A stretch of DNA of 62,712 nt from contig VMGA01000003.1 of assembly GCA_007376345.1 (NCBI GenBank), positions 1 through 62,712 on the forward strand, written 5' to 3'. Positions 45,024 to 52,407 of the stretch are shown here, in pieces (position 1 is the stretch's first letter; each line of letters starts with the position of its first letter). The notes beneath the pieces were generated by a model. That model ran no database searches. It had not been told where the DNA came from and saw nothing but the letters and a program-made list of their open reading frames with translations. Made by a program: the position numbers and the translations under genes. The DNA comes from Microgenomates group bacterium Gr01-1014_16. GTDB lineage: Bacteria; Patescibacteriota; Microgenomatia; CAZETR01; Amesbacteraceae.

Positions 45024-45881
45024 ATGAAAAAACTCCCCCTATTCCTACTTACACTCTTCTACTCTTCCACTCTTCTACTCTTATTTCCTACCCCCGCCCC
45101 CGCCGCCGACTGCATTCCCACTAGCTGGTGCAAAGATCCTTCCATTGGTTGTACTTCTGGAGAAACATACCGAGGAGATCTCACTTGTCCTGATCTGGGC
45201 TGGGGCACAAACGGATCCTGCTGCGTCCCAGTCGGGGTCCCAACCCCAGTTATTCCCCCCACTTGCCCAGGAACTTGCAAAACTGGATGTAACCCCCTCA
45301 CTGAAGATAGTTGGGGTACTTCCTCTTGCATGGTTACCGGCTCCACTCCATTTTGTTGCGTCCCAAAACCAACTGCTGTCCCCCCCCCCGCTGGTTGCGT
45401 AAATCCGATTTGCGGCTCTACTGGTTGTTCCTGTGCAGCGTCAGGTAAGCCCGCCCAGTGTTATGACAACAGTGTCTCTCCCCCAAAAATTGTCTTATGT
45501 TGTGACTCTATGTCTCAATGCACCCCAGGCACTACCCCTATTCCTGTCGGTAGCGGCGGAGGCGCTTTTGTATTTTGCGACGTCAACGGAAGCAAAGGTG
45601 TTCCCACGGCCCTCGGTTGTCTGAATATTACCGGCAAGCAGACAATTTCCCAGATCCTCGGCTGGGCGGTGGGAGTTGGAGGAGGCATTGCCTTCCTGCT
45701 CATTGTCTACTCCGGCTTCCAGATGGCCACAGCTAGTGGCGACCCCAAGCGCGTCAAAGCCAGCCAGGAACTATTGACCGCCGCCCTCGGCGGCCTCGTC
45801 CTCATCGTTTTATCAGTCGTCTTGTTAAACTTCATTGGTGTCAAAGTTCTTAATTTGGGCGGCCTCGGATTTGGCCCCTAA
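45024..45881 (+). CDS. T4SS-pilin-like (VirB2/TrbC-type) protein with a large Cys-rich N-terminal domain
   Basis: Signal peptide, an ectodomain of about 190 aa with many Cys, then the two-helix pilin module ...GGGIAFLLIVYSGFQMATASGDPKRVKASQELLTAALGGLVLIVLSVV. Confidence 0.55.
   Translation: MKKLPLFLLTLFYSSTLLLLFPTPAPAADCIPTSWCKDPSIGCTSGETYRGDLTCPDLGWGTNGSCCVPVGVPTPVIPPTCPGTCKTGCNPLTEDSWGTSSCMVTGSTPFCCVPKPTAVPPPAGCVNPICGSTGCSCAASGKPAQCYDNSVSPPKIVLCCDSMSQCTPGTTPIPVGSGGGAFVFCDVNGSKGVPTALGCLNITGKQTISQILGWAVGVGGGIAFLLIVYSGFQMATASGDPKRVKASQELLTAALGGLVLIVLSVVLLNFIGVKVLNLGGLGFGP
45048..45083 (+). repeat. CTCTTCTA/CTCTTCCA tract forming the signal-peptide core of 45024..45881
   Basis: Encodes LTLFYSSTLLLL. 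Confidence 0.65.
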
Positions 45882-45911
45882 TTCATGATTCATAATTCAT
45901 AATTCAAATAT

Positions 45912-46223
45912 ATGCGCCTCGCCCAACTTGATATCCCCAACCCGCCCATCCTTCAAAGACTGGAAGTCCCTTTCTCCGGAACTGAGGCTGTCACCAAACT
46001 CACCTCCCGCTTTCTCCTTTTCACCATCGCCGGCGCCGGGTTTGTTTTCGTCATCCAGGTCGTCATGGCCGGGTATAAATATTTGACCAGTCTGGGCGAG
46101 CCGGCCAGCATTCAATCCGCCACCAAGCAATTGTTACACGCCACAACCGGCCTGCTCGTCGTCATCACCACTTTTTTCATCATCCAAATCCTCGAAACCA
46201 TCTTCGGCCTTGACATTCTATAG
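45912..46223 (+). CDS. T4SS-pilin-like (VirB2/TrbC-type) small two-TM protein
   Basis: Two helices flank LTSLGEPASIQSATKQLLHATTGLLVV. Same module as its neighbours. Confidence 0.55.
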   Translation: MRLAQLDIPNPPILQRLEVPFSGTEAVTKLTSRFLLFTIAGAGFVFVIQVVMAGYKYLTSLGEPASIQSATKQLLHATTGLLVVITTFFIIQILETIFGLDIL

Positions 46224-46246
46224 ACATTGTCATACACTAAACACTG

Positions 46247-46513
46247 GTGAAGCACGTTGACTGGAATGTGGAAAAAAACTCCTGGCTCAAAAAAGAGCGT
46301 GGTGTTTCTTTCGAAGATGCCATTTCGGCAATCATCGAAGGTCATTTACTCGAAGTTTCTCCCCATCCCAATCCCAAATATGCCCACCAGCAAATTTTTA
46401 TAGTCGAGATGAACAAATATATCTACGTCGTCCCATTTGTGGAAGACGAAGAAAAAATTTTTCTCAAAACCATTATTCCCAGCCGTAAGGCCAAGAAAAA
46501 GTATCTAAAATGA
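46247..46513 (+). CDS. BrnT-like toxin
   Basis: W..EKNSWLKKERGVSFEDA...IFLKTIIPSRKAKKKY follows the BrnT/DUF497 pattern. Confidence 0.7.
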   Translation: MKHVDWNVEKNSWLKKERGVSFEDAISAIIEGHLLEVSPHPNPKYAHQQIFIVEMNKYIYVVPFVEDEEKIFLKTIIPSRKAKKKYLK

Positions 46514-46788
46514 AAAACTACAAACTCGATCCGGAAGAAAAAGCCATTTTAAAAGCCTACAACGCGGGTGAGTTTAAAACTATCAACGATCCCAAAGCGC
46601 TGGCTCGGTATCAGGAGTACGCCAAATACACCCTTCAACAAAAAACCAAAAACATCAACATTCGCCTAACGTTAAAAGACCTTCTGGATCTCAAAAACCG
46701 GGCCGCCCAATCCGGCCTCCCTTACCAAACTCTCGTTTCTCTCCTCATCCGCCAGTTCAATGAAAACAAACTCCCCCTGACAATTTAG
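46510..46788 (+). CDS. BrnA/CopG-type antitoxin
   Basis: NIRLTLKDLLDLKNRAAQSGLPYQTLVSLLI. It overlaps the toxin by 4 nt. Confidence 0.7.
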   Translation: MKNYKLDPEEKAILKAYNAGEFKTINDPKALARYQEYAKYTLQQKTKNINIRLTLKDLLDLKNRAAQSGLPYQTLVSLLIRQFNENKLPLTI

Positions 46789-46806
46789 GTGTATAGTTAA
46801 ACAACG

Positions 46807-47142
46807 ATGTCCAACCTTCTCGCCATCTCCATTCCCGACCAATTTTATCTCAACCAAACCGCCGGCGTCAAAAATATTAATTCCGTCGGCGCTCTCGTTT
46901 CCGTCATTCTCCCCAATGTCATGATCGCCGCCGGGGTTATCTTTTTCCTTCTTATTTTGGGCGGGGGTTTCGGTATGATCAAAAGCGCCGGGGCGGAAGC
47001 CAATCCCCAAATGGCCGCCAAAGCCAAGGCCGCCGTTACCTACGGCTTTGCCGGCTTCTTGATAGTTGTCACCGCCTACTTTATACTTCAATTAGTCCAA
47101 ACCGCCACCGGCGTTAATTTAAACAACCCAAATCTGCCATAA
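46807..47142 (+). CDS. T4SS-pilin-like small two-TM protein
   Basis: IAAGVIFFLLILGGGFGMIKSAGAEANPQMAAKAKAAVTYGFAGFLIVV. Confidence 0.55.
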   Translation: MSNLLAISIPDQFYLNQTAGVKNINSVGALVSVILPNVMIAAGVIFFLLILGGGFGMIKSAGAEANPQMAAKAKAAVTYGFAGFLIVVTAYFILQLVQTATGVNLNNPNLP

Positions 47143-47144
47143 CC

Positions 47145-47501
47145 ATGTTCGGAGTGTTCGGAACTATCGATAATCCTTTCACAACTCTGGGTGGCCCACT
47201 GGCCACTGCTGGTGCCGAAGGCCAAGGCCTCATTCTCATCCTCAACTCTCTCGTTAAATTCGTCATCGTCCTCGCCGGCCTGTATACTTTCTGGAATCTG
47301 ATAGCCGCCGGCTTCATGTTCATGTCCGCGGGCGGTGATTCCAAAGCCATCGGCAAGGCCTGGGACAAAATCTGGCAATCCCTCATTGGTTTATTACTAG
47401 TCGCGGGTTCGTTCGTGTTAGCCATCATCTTCGGCTATCTCATCTTCGGTCCCCAAAACGCCATGATTCTTATTCAACCCCAGATTTTCAAGCCTCAATA
47501 A
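47145..47501 (+). CDS. T4SS-pilin-like small two-TM protein
   Basis: FMSAGGDSKAIGKAWDKIWQSLIGLLLVAGS. Confidence 0.55.
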   Translation: MFGVFGTIDNPFTTLGGPLATAGAEGQGLILILNSLVKFVIVLAGLYTFWNLIAAGFMFMSAGGDSKAIGKAWDKIWQSLIGLLLVAGSFVLAIIFGYLIFGPQNAMILIQPQIFKPQ

Positions 47502-47503
47502 CT

Positions 47504-47914
47504 ATGAAATTACTTGCTCAAGGCGTCCCTCTCGGAAATATAAATGGTATTGGGCCGTTAGGTACTGTCGCCACCCAAACCGACGCCTTTGTCGCTTTTA
47601 CTACGGTTTTATCAACTACCGTCGGCGTCCTCACTGTCTCTGCCGGAATTTGGTTTATTTTTCAAATTTTTGGCGGATCTCTCCAATGGCTTACAAGTGG
47701 CGGAGACAAACAAGGATTAGAAGCCGCAAAAAAAAGAATTACCCATGCCATTGTTGGTTTGCTCATGGTCGTCTTATCCTACGCCCTCATATCAATTATC
47801 GGCCTTATATTTGGGTTAAATATTCTATCCCCAATAGGATCCCTATTAGGAATTAATCTTCCCGGCGGAGGCGGTGGCGGAGGTACTTGTCCAATAATCG
47901 GAGTACCTTGTTAA
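47504..47914 (+). CDS. T4SS-pilin-like protein with a Gly-run and Cys tail
   Basis: LTSGGDKQGLEAAKKRITHAIVGLLMVVLS, then GGGGGGTCPIIGVPC. Confidence 0.55.
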   Translation: MKLLAQGVPLGNINGIGPLGTVATQTDAFVAFTTVLSTTVGVLTVSAGIWFIFQIFGGSLQWLTSGGDKQGLEAAKKRITHAIVGLLMVVLSYALISIIGLIFGLNILSPIGSLLGINLPGGGGGGGTCPIIGVPC

Positions 47915-47925
47915 CCATAAAGATT

Positions 47926-48264
47926 ATGAAGCTGTTAGCTCAAGGGTTAGACATCACCAACCCCGCCCTTCTTCCAGCCGTCGGTACTGGCGATGGTCGC
48001 ACCATTCTTCAGACATTTTTAACCAACTTCATCACTATCGGTTTCGGTATTGGCGCTATTGTTTTGGTATTTATGCTCATTTCCGGCGGAATTAAGTTTA
48101 TTGCCGCCGGATCAGACAAAGATGCAGTTCAACATGCCTCCAAACAATTAACCCACGCCCTGATCGGCATCGTTATTCTCCTTTCCGTCTACGCCATCGT
48201 GGCTTTAATCGGCGGCGTCTTCGGCATCAACATCCTCCAGGTGAACTTTCCGGTAATTCAATAA
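47926..48264 (+). CDS. T4SS-pilin-like small two-TM protein
   Basis: Start at MKLLAQGLD, which parallels MKLLAQGVP of the previous gene. IAAGSDKDAVQHASKQLTHALIGIVILLS. Confidence 0.55.
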   Translation: MKLLAQGLDITNPALLPAVGTGDGRTILQTFLTNFITIGFGIGAIVLVFMLISGGIKFIAAGSDKDAVQHASKQLTHALIGIVILLSVYAIVALIGGVFGINILQVNFPVIQ

Positions 48265-48265
48265 T

Positions 48266-48814
48266 ATGGCCGATCTTGATCTTACCCGTCTTCCCTCTGC
48301 CCAGCTCCAAAAGCTCACCCTTATCAAGCCCACCAATCTCTCTTCGGCCATCATCCAATTCATGTTTGTCATCGCCGGTGTCCTTTTTTTCTTATACTTC
48401 CTGACCGGCGCCGCCCAATGGGTTGCCTCCGGTGGCGACAAAGAAGGCCTGGACAAGGCAAGTAAAAAAATCAAACACGCCCTCATCGGTCTGTTTATCG
48501 TCTTGGGCATCTACGGTTTCGGTGCCATCTTAAATGGCCTTACCGGCGTCGATCTTTTCCGTGTCTGCTTCCCGGGACCAACCACTTCCGCATTTTCCTG
48601 TCCCCCTTCCGGCATCGGTTCCGGCGGCGGAGGAGGCGGCGGAGGAGGAGGTGGCCCGCCCGGAACATCCGCCTGTCGTTGCTTCAATGGAGGCTGCGCA
48701 TCCGTAGGCCAAATTGGTTATTTTAATGGAGGTTGTTACCGTTGCACCACAACACAGTGGGATGGACCTATTGGCGGAAGTTGTCCGCCCATTTCCTGCG
48801 GTACTTGCAATTAG
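48266..48814 (+). CDS. T4SS-pilin-like protein with a poly-Gly linker and a C-terminal Cys-rich knot
   Basis: VASGGDKEGLDKASKKIKHALIGLFIVLG, then G11, then CRCFNGGCASVGQIGYFNGGCYRCTTTQWDGPIGGSCPPISCGTCN. Confidence 0.55.
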   Translation: MADLDLTRLPSAQLQKLTLIKPTNLSSAIIQFMFVIAGVLFFLYFLTGAAQWVASGGDKEGLDKASKKIKHALIGLFIVLGIYGFGAILNGLTGVDLFRVCFPGPTTSAFSCPPSGIGSGGGGGGGGGGGPPGTSACRCFNGGCASVGQIGYFNGGCYRCTTTQWDGPIGGSCPPISCGTCN

Positions 48815-48865
48815 CTATATTTACCCCTAAACTTGAACTAACTTTGAAAGGAGGTGAGACAATAA

Positions 48866-49270
48866 GTGACTAAACTTCACAAAACTTTAGGTTACGCCGC
48901 GGCGTTTGGCAGCCTTTTGGCCGTCTCGCCTCTCTCGGCTCTGGCCCAAGGAGTCCAGGATATCAATCTGGCCCTTCCCGGTGGTAGCAGTTTTTCCAAT
49001 GTCGTCACCTGGAACGCTACCCGGATCGTCCAGGCTCTGATCAATATCATCTTGGTGACCGTCGGCCTGATCGCCTTTTTCTGGTTGTTAATCGGCGGTG
49101 TCCAATGGATTATGGCCGGAGGTGACAAGGAAGGGACCGAAAAAGCCAGGAAGAGAATCACGGCCGCCCTCATCGGGTTGGTTATCGTTTTCTCTGTCTT
49201 TGCTTTCACCCAAATCCTGTCCGCCTTCTTTGGTATCAACTTGCTGTTCTTCAGCATCAACGCTATCTAA
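48866..49270 (+). CDS. T4SS-pilin-like protein with signal peptide (GTG start)
   Basis: Strong SD AAAGGAGGTGA lies 8 nt upstream of the GTG. IMAGGDKEGTEKARKRITAALIGLVIVFS. Confidence 0.55.
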   Translation: MTKLHKTLGYAAAFGSLLAVSPLSALAQGVQDINLALPGGSSFSNVVTWNATRIVQALINIILVTVGLIAFFWLLIGGVQWIMAGGDKEGTEKARKRITAALIGLVIVFSVFAFTQILSAFFGINLLFFSINAI

Positions 49271-49354
49271 TTGGGTACGCTGCCCCCTTCGCTCTTCGAA
49301 GCCTTGGCGAAGAAGAGGCCGGGGGTGGCGTGGAAAGAGGGAAAGTAAAACAAT

Positions 49355-49639
49355 ATGCCCGCCAAGCTATCTAATCTTGATTCAGTCTTTTCTTCAATCT
49401 TAAACGTCGCTCTGGCCGGAGTCGGCATCGGCGTCGTCATCATGTTTATCGTCGGCGGATATCAATTTATGATGGCCGGTGGGGACAAAGAGGCCGCCGC
49501 TCGTGCCCGTCTCACCCTGACTTACGCCGTCATCGGCCTCATCGTCGCTCTTTCCGCCTGGATCATCCTCGCTCTCCTGGGCAATTTCCTAGGGATCAAC
49601 TTCACTCTCTTCACCGTCTGCTGGGGCACAGGGTGTTAA
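49355..49639 (+). CDS. T4SS-pilin-like small two-TM protein with a CxxxC tail
   Basis: MMAGGDKEAAARARLTLTYAVIGLIVALS...FTVCWGTGC. Confidence 0.55.
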   Translation: MPAKLSNLDSVFSSILNVALAGVGIGVVIMFIVGGYQFMMAGGDKEAAARARLTLTYAVIGLIVALSAWIILALLGNFLGINFTLFTVCWGTGC

Positions 49640-49675
49640 TTTTCGCCTCCGCCGCCCTCGTGATATAATTTCCCC

Positions 49676-49900
49676 ATGCCAAAAACATTCACCCACATCA
49701 ACGTCGATCCGGAAATCCTCGGCGGCAAACCAGTCATTCGCGGCACCCGCATTCCGGTTTACGTCATCGTCAATCTCACGGCACAAGGTCAAAATACAAA
49801 ATATATCCTCAAAAACTACCCCGACCTGACCCCCCAAGACATCACCGAAGCCCTCCAATATGCCGCTTGGACCACCCAGCTTTCGGAAATGTATGCCTAA
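49676..49900 (+). CDS. DUF433 antitoxin-like protein
   Basis: DPEILGGKPVIRGTRIPV...YPDLTPQDITEALQYA is the DUF433 signature. Confidence 0.75.
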   Translation: MPKTFTHINVDPEILGGKPVIRGTRIPVYVIVNLTAQGQNTKYILKNYPDLTPQDITEALQYAAWTTQLSEMYA

Positions 49901-50264
49901 ATTACTCGTTGACGAGAATCTCTCTCCAAGATTAACAGTGTTTCTCTTTGATTTGGGCTACGAAGCTAAACATGTCCGAGACATTAGCCTTAAAGGCCAA
50001 CCGGATTACAAAATCGTCGCCTGGGCCAAGAAAAACAATCACATCATAATTACCCGCGATTTAGGCTTCGGCCTCACCTACTCCCAATCGTCCAATCCAT
50101 CGGGAATTATTCTCCTGCGCTCAAAAATCGACACCATCGAAACCCTCCAAGACATCCTCCATCACCTCCATACCGAAAAAGTACTCTCAAATCCCGAAAT
50201 TGACCGGTCATTGATCATCGCCACTCCCACCAAAACCCGCATCATAAATCTCAATATTGCCTAA
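49893..50264 (+). CDS. DUF5615 (Mut7-C/PIN-like) toxin-like protein
   Basis: Start at MPKLLVDENLSPRL. The ..IIITRDLGF pattern matches DUF5615, the usual partner of DUF433. Confidence 0.7.
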   Translation: MPKLLVDENLSPRLTVFLFDLGYEAKHVRDISLKGQPDYKIVAWAKKNNHIIITRDLGFGLTYSQSSNPSGIILLRSKIDTIETLQDILHHLHTEKVLSNPEIDRSLIIATPTKTRIINLNIA

Positions 50265-50292
50265 CTGCTATTTATGCTAATATGGAACTAGG

Positions 50293-50382
50293 ATGAAAAA
50301 ACTCCTGCTCCTCATCTCCTCCATCCTTTTAGTCGCCGTAGCCTTGGCGAAGGCTGACCCCGCCTCCGCCGCCATGATATAA
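50293..50382 (+). pseudogene. orphan signal-peptide remnant (29 codons)
   Basis: MKKLLLLISSILLVAVALAKADPASAA followed by MI-stop. It ends in the 13-bp cgcctccgccgcc that also encodes the PASAA cleavage region of 51036..52397. Confidence 0.4.
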
Positions 50383-50389
50383 TTTCCCC

Positions 50390-50653
50390 ATGACCTACAA
50401 ACTCTACGATCGGATTGAGGTCAATCCCAAGATTTCTTCCGGCAAGCCTGTAATTGCTGGCACCAGAATTGCCGTCGGGTTCATCATTCAGCTTTTAGCC
50501 AACGGCTGGACCATCAACCAAATTATGAAAGGCTATCCTAATCTCAAAAAGGATGATGTGTTAGCCTGCCTCGAATACGCCCGGCAAACAATCGAAACCC
50601 AGTCCTTTCTCCCCCTCGGCTCTTCCCCTTCGCTGCAAGTAGCCCAAACATGA
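50390..50653 (+). CDS. DUF433 antitoxin-like protein (second copy)
   Basis: NPKISSGKPVIAGTRIAV...YPNLKKDDVLACLEYA. Confidence 0.75.
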   Translation: MTYKLYDRIEVNPKISSGKPVIAGTRIAVGFIIQLLANGWTINQIMKGYPNLKKDDVLACLEYARQTIETQSFLPLGSSPSLQVAQT

Positions 50654-51018
50654 AGTTATTAGCCGATGAAAACGTTTCCCGCTATCTCATCGACGAACTC
50701 AAACATTTAGGATACGCCGTCAGGGATCTCAAACAAATCTCTCCCCGTGCCTCTGATTCTCAAGTCGCCCAAATAGCAGTTTCCGCCGCCGAAATTCTCA
50801 TCACTCACGATTCGGACTTGGTCAGCCTTCTTTCCGGCAAAAAATATCCCAGCCTCAAACTCATCCACCTGGACACTCCCAACCTTACGGTCAACCAATG
50901 CCTCCAAATAGCCAGGTTACTACACGAGAACGGATTCCTCCAAAAAGAATTTACATTTCTCCAGGTTCATCTCCATGGCCAATTACTCTCTATCTCTTTA
51001 CATCCCCCCACCCAATAA
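50650..51018 (+). CDS. DUF5615 (PIN-like) toxin-like protein (second copy)
   Basis: MKLLADENVSRYL...ILITHDSDL. It overlaps the DUF433 gene by 4 nt. Confidence 0.7.
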   Translation: MKLLADENVSRYLIDELKHLGYAVRDLKQISPRASDSQVAQIAVSAAEILITHDSDLVSLLSGKKYPSLKLIHLDTPNLTVNQCLQIARLLHENGFLQKEFTFLQVHLHGQLLSISLHPPTQ

Positions 51019-51035
51019 GTTATTGTATACCTGCC

Positions 51036-52397
51036 ATGAAAAAACTCGCCGCAACTCTTCTTACACTTTTATACTTTTACACTGTTACACTTTCGTCCGC
51101 CCCCCCCGCCTCCGCCGCCTGGTACAACCCCACCACCGAAGAATTCTACGGCAAAGTTTACGGCACCAACCCCGTCAGCTCCAATGATGAAATCTTTGGC
51201 GAACGCTACACATTTGCCCAAGTCAATTGGATAGTAAATAGCTTAGCTATTATCTTCGCTCCTCCAAACATGACCCCTACCCAATTTCTCGACATTATTA
51301 GAGGAATTATCGCTTCTCTTGTCGCAGGCACACAACCAACCTTCCAACAATACGCCCAACTGGGTGTTCCTGGAATTCTCATGGGCGCCATAAACGAAAC
51401 TTACACCAACCCCCCGGCTTCCGGCATAAAATACGTCAGCGACACCCTCGCCAAGTTTGATCCCGCACCTCCGGTCTACGCCCAAGGGTACGGCTATAAA
51501 TCCCTCGAAATCGCCCAAACTCTCTGGAAAGCCTCCCGCAATATGGCCTATCTTCTTATGATTGTCCTTTTGGTTGTTTCTGGCTTCATGGTCATGTTCC
51601 GCGTCAAAATCAACCCCCAAACAGCAGTTACTCTCCAACTAATGATTCCCAAAATCATCATCACTTTACTACTGGTCACTTTCTCCTATGCAATTGCCGG
51701 CTTTGTCATCGATCTCATCTATGTCGTCATCACTTTCATTATCTCGATGCTCGCCATGCCCGGCATCGCCGTCATTACCGACGCCCCCAGAGCCATCCGG
51801 TTCTTCACGGGGGGATATATTGGTCCAATTGTTTACTTCATCGCCCCCTGGATAATGATCGCGTTTCTTGGTGCGGTAGGTGGTGGCCTTATAGGTCTTG
51901 TTGGCGGACCACTCGGAGCACTAATAACCGGAGCAATAGTCCCCATCATTTCCCTTATTGTTATGATCTTTCTTGTCTGGACTCTCTTCAAAATCTGGTG
52001 GCTCCTCCTTAAAACTTACATCGTTCTTCTGTTTTCAATTATAGTTGGTCCCTGGCAAATCATGCTGGGGTTACTTCCGGGTCAATCTGGTTTTGGCCCT
52101 TGGTTAAGAAATATAATTGCCAACGCCTCCGTCTTCGTCGCCGTCCCTATAATGTTCCTTATCAACATGCTTTTTTGGAAACCCGGATTCGGCTTAGACG
52201 CTTTGGCTGGACTCTTTAGTCCTGTGGGTGTAGTCCTTCCCTCAACTGGTGTCAGCCCCGGTCTTCCCTTTGTGAACGGCGGCGGAATTCTCAACTTAGC
52301 CCTTGGTTACGCCGTCCTTGCCCTCACCCCCAAAATCGCCGAAATCATCAGGGATGCCCTCAAAGTCCCAAATGGGAATCTTAACTGGCACTGTTAA
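51036..52397 (+). CDS. polytopic membrane protein, VirB6/TrbL-like (tentative)
   Basis: Start at MKKLAATLLTLLYFYTV (signal peptide). An ectodomain of about 150 aa is followed by six or more Gly-rich TM helices. It sits directly after the pilin array. Confidence 0.4.
   Translation: MKKLAATLLTLLYFYTVTLSSAPPASAAWYNPTTEEFYGKVYGTNPVSSNDEIFGERYTFAQVNWIVNSLAIIFAPPNMTPTQFLDIIRGIIASLVAGTQPTFQQYAQLGVPGILMGAINETYTNPPASGIKYVSDTLAKFDPAPPVYAQGYGYKSLEIAQTLWKASRNMAYLLMIVLLVVSGFMVMFRVKINPQTAVTLQLMIPKIIITLLLVTFSYAIAGFVIDLIYVVITFIISMLAMPGIAVITDAPRAIRFFTGGYIGPIVYFIAPWIMIAFLGAVGGGLIGLVGGPLGALITGAIVPIISLIVMIFLVWTLFKIWWLLLKTYIVLLFSIIVGPWQIMLGLLPGQSGFGPWLRNIIANASVFVAVPIMFLINMLFWKPGFGLDALAGLFSPVGVVLPSTGVSPGLPFVNGGGILNLALGYAVLALTPKIAEIIRDALKVPNGNLNWHC
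51060..51095 (+). repeat. TTTTACAC-type tract forming the signal-peptide core of 51036..52397
   Basis: Encodes LTLLYFYTVTLS. Confidence 0.75.
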
Positions 52398-52407
52398 ATC
52401 GTAATTA

